Position numbers and translations under genes: made by a program | Origin: Terriglobia bacterium | GTDB lineage: Bacteria > Acidobacteriota > Terriglobia > JAJPHL01 > JAPKYU01 | DNA length: 64,000 bases | Direction: 5' to 3' | Assembly (NCBI GenBank): GCA_965206645.1 | Contig: CBDBKE010000003.1 | Coordinates: 192,001 to 256,000, forward strand | Shown here: positions 51,263 to 61,260 of the stretch, one piece after another | Numbering within the stretch: position 1 is the first letter of the stretch | Layout of the letters: each line of letters opens with the position of its first letter | Notes under the pieces: generated by a model | Database searches by the model: none | Told to the model about the DNA's origin: nothing | What the model saw: only the letters and a program-made list of their open reading frames with translations

Positions 51263-52206
51263 GCACCGGAACGCCTTTGCCGGACTCTGTCGTCGTCGTC
51301 GTTGTCAGCTACAATTCTTCCAAATACCTCCCGGTGTGCCTGGATTCGCTGCGCGGGGTGGGCGTCGAAATCATCGTCGTGGATAACGCGTCGACCGACG
51401 ATTCGGCTGCCGTGGCCCGCCGGCACGGGGTCAGAGTGATCGCCAACTCCGAGAACCGAGGTCTGGCTGCAGCGGCCAACCAGGGTACGCGTGCCTCCGC
51501 GGCGGAGTTTCTGCTGTTCCTCAATCCGGACGCGGTGCTGCTGGATGGATTCGCGGACTTGCTGCGCGCTGTGATTCAAGAGCCGCAGGCCGGAGCGGTT
51601 GCCGGACTGTTGCTGGATGAGGCCGGGCGGCCGCAGGTCGGTTTCAATGTACGTAGCCTTCCCAGTTTTGTGGCGCTTGCTTGCGAGGTACTTCTGCTAA
51701 ACCGGCTTTGGCCGCGCAATCCGGTAAACCACCGGTACCGCTGCCTGGACGTGCCGCTGGACCGGCCGGGCGAAATTGAGCAGCCGGCCGGGGCTTGCCT
51801 GTTGGTTTGCCGCCGGGCCCTGGAGCAGGTGGGCTACTGGGACGAGCATTTTTACCCGCTTTGGTTCGAAGACGTTGACCTGTGCCTGAGGTTGCGCCGT
51901 TCTGGATACCGTATCCTGTTCTGTCCGACCTGTCGCTGGCGCCACCACGGGGGGCACTCGCTGGACAGTATCTCATTTGCCCGAAAGCAATTTTTCTGGT
52001 ACCGTAATCTACTCTATTACGTGCGCAAGCACATGGGTTCCGCCGCCGCGCTGGCCATGAGACTGCTGGTATGTGCCGGCGCTGCCGCTCGTTGGATGGC
52101 TACCTTGGTTGTTCCGAGCGGGCAGCACCGGTCGAGCGCCTATTGGGCGGTGATGAAGTTGGCGCTTAGCAGACCGGCAAAACAGCCGCCGCCCCACGTG
52201 GTTTGA
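51259..52206 (+). CDS. GT2 glycosyltransferase (WbbL-like)
   Basis: VDNASTDDS, LNPD, GACLL, WFEDVDLC. Confidence 0.88.
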   Translation: MSTGTPLPDSVVVVVVSYNSSKYLPVCLDSLRGVGVEIIVVDNASTDDSAAVARRHGVRVIANSENRGLAAAANQGTRASAAEFLLFLNPDAVLLDGFADLLRAVIQEPQAGAVAGLLLDEAGRPQVGFNVRSLPSFVALACEVLLLNRLWPRNPVNHRYRCLDVPLDRPGEIEQPAGACLLVCRRALEQVGYWDEHFYPLWFEDVDLCLRLRRSGYRILFCPTCRWRHHGGHSLDSISFARKQFFWYRNLLYYVRKHMGSAAALAMRLLVCAGAAARWMATLVVPSGQHRSSAYWAVMKLALSRPAKQPPPHVV

Positions 52207-53265
52207 ATGTCTTCACTGGTTAGCGTTACCCTCGTTACCTATAACAGCGGGCGCTACATCGGCCCCTGTCTGGAATCCATCTTCACCCAGCAGCACTGCC
52301 ACCTGGAAGTGCTCGTGGTGGACAACGCTTCGCAAGACACCACCCGCGAGGTGCTGGCGCGTTACGCCAATCGTATTCAGATTATCTGGAACCCGCAAAA
52401 CATTGGCTTTGCTGCCGCCCAGAACCAGGCGATTGCCGCCAGTACAGGCAGGTGGGTGCTGGTGCTCAACCCCGACGTGGTGTTGATCCCAAGCTTTGTG
52501 TCTACGATGGTCAAAGCTGCCGAAGGACACGCCGACCCCCGCCTGGGCGCCCTGTGCGGCAAGCTGCTGGCCATGGAGCCAGGCCTGAGCCTTCCCACCA
52601 ATCCGCGGGTGGACTCGGCAGGCATCTTCTTCACTCCAACGCTACGCCACTTTGACCGGGGCTCTGGCAAGCCGGACAATGGCAACTACGAGAGAGCCGA
52701 GTACGTTTTCGGGGCCTCGGCGGCGGCTGCCCTCTACCGGCGCGAAATGATCGAAGACGTCAGCCAGGAGGGGGAATTCTTCGATCCGGACTTTTTCTTC
52801 TATCGCGAGGACGCCGATGTGGCCTGGCGCGCCCAGCTTCTGGATTGGAAGTGCCTCTACGTGCCGCACGCCCTGGGCTACCATGCGCGAAGGGTGCAGC
52901 ACTGGAACCGGGCCCAGGTGCCGCCGCAAATCAACATGCACTCGGTGAAGAACCGGTTCTTGATGCGGCTGAAGAACGTAGGCGCCTCCCTCTACCTGCG
53001 CAACCTGCTTCCCGTCACCGTGCGGGATTTTGGAGTGCTGGGCTACTGCCTGCTGGTGGAACGCTCCTCGTTGCCCGCCTTCTGGCTGCTCGGGCGCGCC
53101 TGGTCTCGCGCCTGGCGCAAGCGGCGCTGGATCCAGCAACGTCGGCGCGTGGCCGACCGCGAGTTGGCCCGCTGGTTCCGCTTCCGTCCGGTGTCCTTCC
53201 CCATGCGGGAGCAGGTCGTTTCGGTCCCCGCCGGTTCCAGATCTCGACTGGGCGTCTCATCCTGA
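52207..53265 (+). CDS. GT2 glycosyltransferase
   Basis: VDNASQD, GFAAAQN, LNPD, YREDAD. Confidence 0.88.
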   Translation: MSSLVSVTLVTYNSGRYIGPCLESIFTQQHCHLEVLVVDNASQDTTREVLARYANRIQIIWNPQNIGFAAAQNQAIAASTGRWVLVLNPDVVLIPSFVSTMVKAAEGHADPRLGALCGKLLAMEPGLSLPTNPRVDSAGIFFTPTLRHFDRGSGKPDNGNYERAEYVFGASAAAALYRREMIEDVSQEGEFFDPDFFFYREDADVAWRAQLLDWKCLYVPHALGYHARRVQHWNRAQVPPQINMHSVKNRFLMRLKNVGASLYLRNLLPVTVRDFGVLGYCLLVERSSLPAFWLLGRAWSRAWRKRRWIQQRRRVADRELARWFRFRPVSFPMREQVVSVPAGSRSRLGVSS

Positions 53266-53300
53266 TTAGCTCCTGTCGGGTGCATGGCCGACGCGGCTTG

Positions 53301-54410
53301 ATGAACATTGCCATTTTGGGAACCCGGGGCATCCCCGCCGCCTACGGCGGATTCGAGACGTTCGCGGAAGAGCTGGCAGCCCGGCTGGCGACGCGAGGCC
53401 ACCGGGTCTGGGTCTATGGCCGGCCGCATCGGGTTGGCTTCCGACCACCGGGGGCGACCCAATATCGCGGCGCGCATCTGGTTCTGTTGCCCTCCATCCC
53501 CCACAAGTACCTGGAGACGGTTAGCCATACCTTTCTCTCCGTGCTGCACCTGTTGTGGCGCTTGCGTGCAGTGGATGTGGCACTGGTCTGCAACGCCGCG
53601 AACAGCGTCTTTTCCTGGCAACCCCGCCTGGTCGGCGTCAAGACGGTGCTCAACGTGGATGGGCTGGAGCGGCTGCGCCGGAAGTGGAACGTGGCGGGCC
53701 GCACCTACTACCAGGTCTCCGAATGGCTGGCCACCTGGTTGCCCACCGCGGTGGTCACCGATGCCCACAGCATCCAGCGCTATTACCTGGACCGCTACGG
53801 AAAAACCTCGCGGTACATTCCCTATGGAGCAAGCTCGCCGGGGGAAGCCGGGACCGATCAGTTAACCCGGTTGGGGCTTGAGCCGGGCAACTATCTGCTC
53901 TACGTCAGCCGGCTGGAGCCGGAAAATAACGCCTTGCTGGTGGTGCAGGCCTTCGAAAAAGTCGCGAGCTCGGCGCGGCTGGCCGTGGTCGGCGACGCCC
54001 CGTACGCTGCTGACTATATCCGCCAGGTCCGCCAGACGCGCGATCCGCGCATCGTGTTCCCGGGCGCCATCTACGGCGAAGGTTGCCGGCAGTTGCGCGC
54101 CCATGCGCTACTGTACGTCCACGCCACCGAGGTCGGTGGCACGCATCCCGCGATGCTGGAGGCGATGGCGGCCGCTCGGCCTGTGCTCTACCTCGACACG
54201 CCGGAAAACCGCGAGGTCGCGGGCGAAGCGGGCCTCCCGTTCACCCATTCACCTGAAGACCTGGCCGAGAAGATAGGCTTTCTGCTGGCGCGCCCGGACG
54301 AGCGGCAACGCCTGGGCGCGCTGGCGTGCGAGCGCGCCCGGCGCCTGTATGATTGGGAGGACGTGACGACCGCCTACGAGCAGTTGTTTCAGGAATTGCT
54401 CAATAGCTAG
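53301..54410 (+). CDS. GT4 glycosyltransferase (DUF1972/RgpA-like)
   Basis: ILGTRGIPAAYGGFET, NVDGLE, SRLEPENN, EVGGTHP..LEAM. Confidence 0.9.
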   Translation: MNIAILGTRGIPAAYGGFETFAEELAARLATRGHRVWVYGRPHRVGFRPPGATQYRGAHLVLLPSIPHKYLETVSHTFLSVLHLLWRLRAVDVALVCNAANSVFSWQPRLVGVKTVLNVDGLERLRRKWNVAGRTYYQVSEWLATWLPTAVVTDAHSIQRYYLDRYGKTSRYIPYGASSPGEAGTDQLTRLGLEPGNYLLYVSRLEPENNALLVVQAFEKVASSARLAVVGDAPYAADYIRQVRQTRDPRIVFPGAIYGEGCRQLRAHALLYVHATEVGGTHPAMLEAMAAARPVLYLDTPENREVAGEAGLPFTHSPEDLAEKIGFLLARPDERQRLGALACERARRLYDWEDVTTAYEQLFQELLNS

Positions 54411-54470
54411 AAGTTTAGCCGAAGAGGAAACCACCGGGGACGGACTGGCGCGGTCGGGCACAGGCCTTGG

Positions 54471-54707
54471 TTAGTCCGCGCCAGCCAGAGCCAGGATCTT
54501 CTTCTTCACTCCTGGTGGAAAGTCCACAAATACGAAATGAGCTTTGTGGTACAGATAATCCTCGCCACTCTCATCCACGATCCGCACCAAATCATCCCTG
54601 GCCGCTCGTGGGTCGGGAAGAATCCGATACACTTTGCCGACGATGAGAGATGCCTCATAGTTGCGGTTATCAATACAAAGCGCGAATGGTTTCGTCGGTG
54701 CTTTCAT
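54471..54707 (-). CDS. Small hypothetical protein, putative antitoxin/immunity
   Basis: 78 aa; GKVY...RIVDESGEDYLY motif; ATGA overlap with upstream gene. Confidence 0.75.
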   Translation of the reverse strand: MKAPTKPFALCIDNRNYEASLIVGKVYRILPDPRAARDDLVRIVDESGEDYLYHKAHFVFVDFPPGVKKKILALAGAD

Positions 54708-54943
54708 CGTTTGTCCAGATAGCGCTTAACCTTCAGGTCTCGTTTGCCGATCCCGTGCGCCTCATACCAGTGTAACTCAACCGCACGGAGAGCTCCGTTC
54801 GGCAGCCGAACAGTAGCAGTCCCTTTCATCTTGCGCCACCGACCATGTCCGTAAGCTTTACGGAGGTGCGAGCGAACCCGGATGGCAGGGCCGGAGGCGA
54901 TGACCTCGACATCTGCTATCGAGCTAACCAGCTCAAACTTCAT
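54704..54943 (-). CDS. Small basic hypothetical protein, putative toxin
   Basis: 79 aa; WRKMKG...ELHWYEAHGIGK..K motif. Confidence 0.75.
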   Translation of the reverse strand: MKFELVSSIADVEVIASGPAIRVRSHLRKAYGHGRWRKMKGTATVRLPNGALRAVELHWYEAHGIGKRDLKVKRYLDKR

Positions 54944-55146
54944 CCTCTTCCGTACAGAAGGACATTTTCGACCGGTCTAACGCCTGTTTCTGCTGGCCTG
55001 GACAAAACCGGTTCCCGGGCCAACTGGGACGGAATCACCGGCGGCGAAGTGGAGGGCAACCGCATTGTTTCTTCCAGGCTGGTTAGCCATTCTCACTTGG
55101 CCACATCCAACCCTCATACTGTACAATCACGGAATTAGCCAATTCA

Positions 55147-56208
55147 ATGGCAACGGTATCAGCCCCAGAAGTTTCCGTGATCGTGGTGAACTGGAACCGC
55201 CGTGAGCTGCTGCGCGCCTGCCTGCTCTCGCTGAGTGCGCAGACCTTCGGCAGCCTGGAGGTGATTGTCGTGGACAACGGCTCCGAGGACGGCTCGCCTG
55301 CGATGGTGCTGGAAGAATTCCCAGAGGTTGTGCTCATCCGCAACGCCGAGAACCGTGGGTTCTGTGCCGCTAACAACCAGGGCATCCGTCAGGCGCGCAG
55401 GCGCTACGTTGCGCTGCTGAACAACGATGCTGAGGCCGAGCCCCGATGGTTGGAAGAGCTACTCAGCGGCTTGCGCGCCGGGCCGGACGTAGGTATGTGC
55501 GCCTCCAAAATCTTGTTCTACGAAGCCCGCGGCGTCATCGACAAGGTTGGCCACCTGATCTACCCGGATGGGCAGAACCGGGGGCGGGGCTGTGGGGAGC
55601 TGGACTGCGGCCAGTACGAACTCTCCGAAGAGGTGCTGCTGCCCGATGGCTGCGCTGCCCTCTACGACCGGCGGGTGTTCGAGAGCGCCGGCATGTTCGA
55701 CGAAGACTTTTTTGCCTACGGCGACGACGCCGAGTTGGGTTTGCGCGCGCGTCTGGCCGGCTGGCGCTGCATGTACGTGCCTACGGCGGTGGTCTACCAC
55801 CATCACTCGTCCACGCTGGGCCGTTTCTCCGAGCGGCGGCTGGTGCTGGTGGAACGTAATCGAGTGTGGCTGGCGGCGAAGCTGTTTCCGTGGCGCTTGC
55901 TCCTGCTGAACCCTTTTTACACTGTCGTCCGACTGGCGGCCAACGCAATGGCGGCGGCGCGCGGCCAGGGAGAAGCGGGCCAGTTCGCCGGCCAGCGCGG
56001 CTGGTGGCTGCTGGTGCGTTGCCTGCTGCGGGCCTATTGGCAGGCGCTGGCCGGGCTGCCCGGCGTGTGGCGCAAGCGCCGTCAGGTCCGCCGCGCCCGC
56101 AAGCTCTCGGACCGCGAGTTCCTGCGGCTGCTTCGGCGCTTCCGTATTAGCGCGCGCGAACTGGCCTTCCAGGCGAGACACCTTCCCGGGCCGGCGGAGG
56201 CGGCATGA
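55147..56208 (+). CDS. GT2 glycosyltransferase
   Basis: VVNWN, VDNGSEDGS, LLNND, FFAYGDDA. Confidence 0.88.
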   Translation: MATVSAPEVSVIVVNWNRRELLRACLLSLSAQTFGSLEVIVVDNGSEDGSPAMVLEEFPEVVLIRNAENRGFCAANNQGIRQARRRYVALLNNDAEAEPRWLEELLSGLRAGPDVGMCASKILFYEARGVIDKVGHLIYPDGQNRGRGCGELDCGQYELSEEVLLPDGCAALYDRRVFESAGMFDEDFFAYGDDAELGLRARLAGWRCMYVPTAVVYHHHSSTLGRFSERRLVLVERNRVWLAAKLFPWRLLLLNPFYTVVRLAANAMAAARGQGEAGQFAGQRGWWLLVRCLLRAYWQALAGLPGVWRKRRQVRRARKLSDREFLRLLRRFRISARELAFQARHLPGPAEAA

Positions 56209-57182
56209 ACCATGCCGCCTCCTGCCCCTTGTGTGGGGCCGAGCAGCCGCGCCTTCGCTACCGATGTTCCGACCGCCTGTTTCGCACTACCAGCGAGCAA
56301 TTCCATGTGGTCGAGTGCGGTGCCTGCCGTGTTCTTTACCTGTCACCGCGGCCATCCGCCGAGGAACTGGCGCGGTACTACCCTGAGGGCTATTGGTGGG
56401 GCGCGAGCCGGCAAGGAGGCATCGCCCGGCGGATTGAAGGCCTCTACCGTGGCGCGGTGCTGCGCGACCATGTGGCCTTTGTCACCCGGGCCGTGGGTCC
56501 GCCCCCGGCGAGAATCCCGCCCACACGTATCCTCCCCGCCCGTATCCTGGATGTCGGCTGCGGCACGGGAGACCTGATGGCCGCCTTGCGGCAGCGCGGG
56601 TATTCTTGCATGGGGATGGACCATTCCCTGGCAGCGCTGGCGGCAGCGCAGGCCCAGGGCGTGCCTGCGCTGCTCGGCGACTACCATGCCGCCCCGCTGG
56701 CGCCGGAAAGCTTCGACGCAGTGACCATGTTTCATTTCTTGGAGCACGTGCCCGACCCGGGCTGCGCGTTACGATTTGCTCATCGGCTCCTGCGACCGTC
56801 CGGACGGCTCATCGTGCAGGTGCCCAACGCCGCAAGCTGGCAATCCGCTGCGCTGGGGGCACGCTGGAGCGGGCTGGACGTGCCGAGGCACCTGGTGGAC
56901 TTCCGCCAGTGCGACCTGGAGCGATTGGTCGAGCAGGCTGGATTCCGGATCGGCAGCGCAAAACACTTCTCCCTGCGGGACAATCCTGCCGCGCTGGCCA
57001 CCAGCCTGGCGCCGGGCCTGGATCCGATGGGACGGCTGGTCCGGCGCAAAGAAGGCGTAGGACAGCGGCTGGCGCTGGATCTGGCCTACTTCGCGCTGGT
57101 GATGGCTGCCCTTCCCTGGGCCGTCGCCGAGGCCGTGGTCGGGCGCGGCGCTACAATCATGTTGGATGCCCAGAAGTACTAA
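56205..57182 (+). CDS. Class I SAM methyltransferase with N-terminal Zn ribbon
   Basis: CPLC...CGAC, ILDVGCGTG, HFLEH, VPN, PRHL..F. Confidence 0.88.
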   Translation: MNHAASCPLCGAEQPRLRYRCSDRLFRTTSEQFHVVECGACRVLYLSPRPSAEELARYYPEGYWWGASRQGGIARRIEGLYRGAVLRDHVAFVTRAVGPPPARIPPTRILPARILDVGCGTGDLMAALRQRGYSCMGMDHSLAALAAAQAQGVPALLGDYHAAPLAPESFDAVTMFHFLEHVPDPGCALRFAHRLLRPSGRLIVQVPNAASWQSAALGARWSGLDVPRHLVDFRQCDLERLVEQAGFRIGSAKHFSLRDNPAALATSLAPGLDPMGRLVRRKEGVGQRLALDLAYFALVMAALPWAVAEAVVGRGATIMLDAQKY

Positions 57183-57205
57183 CCAGGCATGTTGGATGCC
57201 CAGAA

Positions 57206-57934
57206 GTGCTAGACCCGCGCGTGCGTCGAGCCGCTGAGCGCCTCCTGCCCCGCTTCTTACTGCGCGCCCTGGACCCCTTTGAGAGCCGCGCCGAGGAGGC
57301 GCTTGCCGCCTTCGCGGCGTCGCTTCCGGCAGATTCCTGGGTGCTCGATGCGGGCGCGGGCCAGTGCCGTTATGCGCCACTGTTTGCCCGCCACCGTTAC
57401 GTGGCAATGGACAATGCCGTTGGAGACCCTTCCTGGGACTATTCGCGCCTCCACCTGCTTGGGGACCTGGAGCAGTTGCCGCTGGCGACGGCATCTTTCG
57501 ATGCCGCCATCAGCGTGGTCGTGCTCGAACACACGCGGGAGCCGCAGCGCGTGCTGCGCGAGGCCGCGCGCGTACTACGCCCGGGCGGGCGGCTGCTGTT
57601 GGTAGTGCCCCAGGAATGGGAAGTGCACCAGGCTCCCCACGACTACTTCCGCTTCACACGCTACGGGGTGGAGTACCTGCTGGAGTGCGCGGGCTTGCGG
57701 GTGCGGAAATTGGAAGCGGTGGGCGGTTTCTTCTGGCTGGTGGCCCGTCGCTCGGTGAACCTGCTCAGTTTCTTTCAGGGCGGGCTAAAGTGGTCGCTGT
57801 TCGTGCTGCTGGCACCGCTCTTCGGCTTCTTGATTCCCCTGCTGCTCTATTTCTGTGACCCGCTGGACCGCCAGCGCGACTTCACCCTCGGCTACATCTG
57901 CGAAGCCGAGAAGGCCCCTGCCCCACCTCAGTAG
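57206..57934 (+). CDS. Class I SAM methyltransferase
   Basis: VLDAGAG, SFD, VLEH, PHDYFRFT; GTG start inferred. Confidence 0.85.
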   Translation: MLDPRVRRAAERLLPRFLLRALDPFESRAEEALAAFAASLPADSWVLDAGAGQCRYAPLFARHRYVAMDNAVGDPSWDYSRLHLLGDLEQLPLATASFDAAISVVVLEHTREPQRVLREAARVLRPGGRLLLVVPQEWEVHQAPHDYFRFTRYGVEYLLECAGLRVRKLEAVGGFFWLVARRSVNLLSFFQGGLKWSLFVLLAPLFGFLIPLLLYFCDPLDRQRDFTLGYICEAEKAPAPPQ

Positions 57935-57996
57935 GTCAGTAGAAGAGTCACATAGACGCGCAGTTGTGTGGGGCTGAGGTAGGGCCAGCTGTGAGT

Positions 57997-59259
57997 TCAG
58001 CGGGGCGCGCCGAGGGCGGAAATCTTGAGCTGCAACTGCTGGCGCGCGCGCGGATCAGTGGTGCGCACCAGCGCCTGCCGGTAGTGGTCCAGAGCTTCGG
58101 TGAAGTTGCGCCGGCCGGCGTAAAGGTCGCCCAATGCCTCCAGGGCACGTGGCGGCGCGGGGTCGGTGGAGACGGCGGCCAGCAGTTCACTCTCCGCTTC
58201 GGCCTCGCGCCCCTCCTCCAGCAACAGCGTGCCCAACTCTTCGCGGACGGCCGAATTGCGCGGATCAACCGCCAGGGCGGCGCGCAATTCCTTTTTGGCC
58301 TTCGACTTCCGGCCGCTGCGCCGGTAGAGTCGGGCCAGGTTCAGACGCGGGGCCACCTGGCGCGGGTCGGCGCGGAGTGCTTTGCGGTAGTGCTTCTCGG
58401 CTTCCTTCGGGCGCCGTCCCATTTCAAGAAGGACCGCCAGGTTGTGGTTGGTGACTGGCCCGTCGGGATCCAGCTCCTGCGCGTGTTGCAATTCCCGCTG
58501 GGCCTCGAGGGCCCGGCCGACTTGCAGGTAAAGTACTCCCAGGTTTACGTGCAGGAAAGCCAGGCTCGGCGCATACACGGTGGCGACCACCCACTCCCGT
58601 TCGGCGGATTCATACTCGCGGAGGGCGAAGTACGCGAGGGCCAGGTTGTGGCGGACGTAGACCCACTGGGGTGTGCGCTGGATGGCCATCTGAAAATAGG
58701 GCACCGAGTCCCCGGGCCGGTGTTCCATCAGGTAGGTGATGCCCAGGCCGTTGTAGCCATAGGGCACTGTGGGGTCTAGCGCAATGGATTGCCGCAGAAG
58801 CGGCCGGGCTTCCCGCCACAGCCCCTTCGCCAGCAGTGCCCGGCCACGGCAGAACTGGTAGCGCGAGCGCCATACCCCCTGCTGCGGCTCCAACTCCGCA
58901 GCCCGTTCAAAGAAGAGTGCAGCGCGGTCAAACTCCTCGGCTGTGAGATTTCCTTCCAGCAGATCGGTGGGACCGGTGGGACGCGGGTCCCGCGGCTGCA
59001 AGTATGCGCGCAGGGTTTCCTCCCCGGCTTCGCTCAGCGCCGCCACCAACGCCTGGCGGGCGGCATTCTTCTCCGCTTCCGGCAGGTTCGACCTTTGCAG
59101 CCGCGCGTGGATTTCCCAGGCGCTCGATCCGGCCGGCTCCAGGAGCCGTTTTTGTTCCAGGGCTCGTTCCAGCGCGGACACCAGCCCCGACGCAGTTTGC
59201 GCAAGGGAAAAGTGCGGGAACCCCACCAACACCAGGAGCAGGGGAAGAAGCCGAGCCAA
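57997..59259 (-). CDS. Exported TPR-repeat protein
   Basis: Signal peptide; multiple NLG/NLA TPR repeats. Confidence 0.85.
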   Translation of the reverse strand: MARLLPLLLVLVGFPHFSLAQTASGLVSALERALEQKRLLEPAGSSAWEIHARLQRSNLPEAEKNAARQALVAALSEAGEETLRAYLQPRDPRPTGPTDLLEGNLTAEEFDRAALFFERAAELEPQQGVWRSRYQFCRGRALLAKGLWREARPLLRQSIALDPTVPYGYNGLGITYLMEHRPGDSVPYFQMAIQRTPQWVYVRHNLALAYFALREYESAEREWVVATVYAPSLAFLHVNLGVLYLQVGRALEAQRELQHAQELDPDGPVTNHNLAVLLEMGRRPKEAEKHYRKALRADPRQVAPRLNLARLYRRSGRKSKAKKELRAALAVDPRNSAVREELGTLLLEEGREAEAESELLAAVSTDPAPPRALEALGDLYAGRRNFTEALDHYRQALVRTTDPRARQQLQLKISALGAPR

Positions 59260-59528
59260 AGCTCAGCTAGTCTAGGCCAGCACTCCCTTTGGGGCAAGCA
59301 CAATGATGGGATAGGAGATAGGAGCTTCCGAAACTGCCCCCCCCCTCCTCCGGCGCTGCCCAGGGCGATTTGAAACTGCCCTCACCCCCCGCTCCGGGCT
59401 CTCTTTCTAGTACACCCCGTACGGCTGTGGGGGCGGAGATCTTGGAAGCGGGGCTGGGAGCGCAGGGGCTCATTCCTCGGTGAGGTCCTGGACACAATGA
59501 TAATGCTATCGCGTCCCAGTTGGCCTTG

Positions 59529-60355
59529 TTACTTTATTTCTTTGCCGATCCGACTACGGTCGGCCGACCAGTAGATATACAAGGGCTTCCCCTTGACTCT
59601 TTCCAGGGTTACGGGCCCGAAGTCGGGGAATCGGCTGTCGGCGCTGTAATCCCGGTTGTCTCCCATCACGAAGAAATGGTTCTCAGGTATGACAACCGGG
59701 CCGAAATTGTCCTCCCGACGTGCGATGTCATACTGTTTGCGCCACACGGCATAGGGCTCACTCAGAAGTCTTCCGTTCAAATAAACTTTGGTATTCTTAC
59801 CTTCGATAACGTCACCACCTACAGCGATCACCCTTTTGATGAACCACGCGTCTCCGGGGCCTTCGAAGACTATGAGGTCCCGACGTCGCGGAACCTTTGC
59901 TCTGTAACAACTCATGTCTGCAACTAGACAATCTCCAATGATGAGGGTTGGAGCCCCCGAGCCGCTGGATATCTTCAATGTCCGAATTGGAAAAAACTGT
60001 CGCAAGTGTAAACCACAAAAAGTAAATTCGACAAAAGCACAGAAGAAAGGAAGAAGCAAACAAGCTTCCTGGGTGCTGCTAACTTGTGGTCGCTTTCAGC
60101 GGCCCGCTTGCGGGCTATCCGGAACGCATCCACGACAGCGAATACATACGTGCCTGTCATCACCGCAAGAAGGGGAACTAATCCTTCGAAGTGCTTGATC
60201 AGCCCTGCGCGCAGCCAGGAAAACCCAAAGAGTTCAAAACCTAGGCACAGAGTGACTCCTCTTCTGATCTGGCTGTTGTACACCTGTCCCGCACCGGGAA
60301 GGAGCAACGATAGCAAAGGTGCGATGACCATGGCCTTCTTGTTGCCAAGTCCCAT
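59529..60355 (-). pseudogene. lepB: Signal peptidase I with TM N-terminus, frameshift near 60010
   Basis: LLPGAGQVYN in one frame; SGSGAPTL..GD, FIKRV, MGDNRDYSADSR in another. Confidence 0.8.
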
Positions 60356-60478
60356 ATGCGGTTTCCTCAGCCACCTCACGAAGTCGGCTAATGGTTCTAA
60401 TCTACTGCCTAATGGTCTTCACCCTCCTTGGATCGTGATTTTCCGTCCCGACCATCGTCACATCGCGTCGCCCATCAC

Positions 60479-61057
60479 TCAATGGGCGGTGGGCTGCCGC
60501 ATTCCCTCCCAGCGCTTTACAATTCCCACGTCGAGGCCAAACAGGTCGAGCACGCGCCCCACGGTGTGGTTGACGATGTCGTCCACCGACTGCGGGTGGT
60601 TGTAGAAGGCGGGTACCGGAGGGGCGACGATGGCGCCCATCTGGGTCACCATCTCCAGGTTGCGGATGTGCGCCAGAGTCAACGGCGCCTCGCGCACCAG
60701 TAAGACCAGGCGTCGCCGTTCTTTCAGCGTCACGTCGGCCGCCCGCGCCAGCAGGTTGTCACAGACGCCGGTGGCCACCGAAGCCAGGGTCTTGACCGAG
60801 CAGGGTGCGATGACCATGCCCTCCGTCTGGAACGAGCCGCTGGAGAGCTCGGCGGCGATGTCCTGCACCGGGTAGGAGCGGTCGGCCAAGGCCCGGACTC
60901 GCTCCACCGTGTAGGAGGTCTCCCAGGCGATGGTTCGTTCGGCGGCGCGGGAAATCAGCAGGTGGGTTTCCACACTGCGCTCGCCGCGCAGCACCTCCAG
61001 CAGGCGCACCCCGTAGATGGCGCCGGTAGCCCCCGAGATTCCGACGATCAGGCGCAC
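60479..61057 (-). CDS. ubiX: Flavin prenyltransferase
   Basis: GISGATG, SSGS, IAPCS, RAADVTLKERR, REAP, PAFY. Confidence 0.95.
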   Translation of the reverse strand: MRLIVGISGATGAIYGVRLLEVLRGERSVETHLLISRAAERTIAWETSYTVERVRALADRSYPVQDIAAELSSGSFQTEGMVIAPCSVKTLASVATGVCDNLLARAADVTLKERRRLVLLVREAPLTLAHIRNLEMVTQMGAIVAPPVPAFYNHPQSVDDIVNHTVGRVLDLFGLDVGIVKRWEGMRQPTAH

Positions 61058-61082
61058 CGGCGAATTATACCGCTACCAATAT

Positions 61083-61211
61083 CGGATTTCGGTGTCGGAT
61101 TTCGGCGGCGGGTTTCGGTACGCATTTCGGCAGGCGATGAAGCGGTCTGCGGGCGCTTGACTGCCGCCCTTGTTCAGGCCCCGTTCAGGCCTTGTTTAGG
61201 CCTTGTCCAGG
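61083..61211. repeat. Two short direct-repeat arrays: 4 x CGGATTTCGG-like (12-13 bp period) and 4 x CCTTGTTCAGG-like (11 bp period)
   Basis: Starts 61083, 61096, 61109, 61121 and 61168, 61179, 61190, 61201. Confidence 0.8.
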
Positions 61212-61260
61212 GTTGTGGCTCCCGGCCAAGGATACCGCGTGCCGGTGGTAGAATCGCGGG

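Noticed and set aside
59326-59460. GAAACTGCCC direct repeat with C/G tracts
   Set aside because: Degenerate REP-like sequence with no definable boundaries.
55018-59525. 14-mer GGCCAACTGGGACG at 55018-55031 (+) and 59512-59525 (-)
   Set aside because: A single 14-bp match is expected by chance in 64 kb of GC-rich DNA, and it does not extend.
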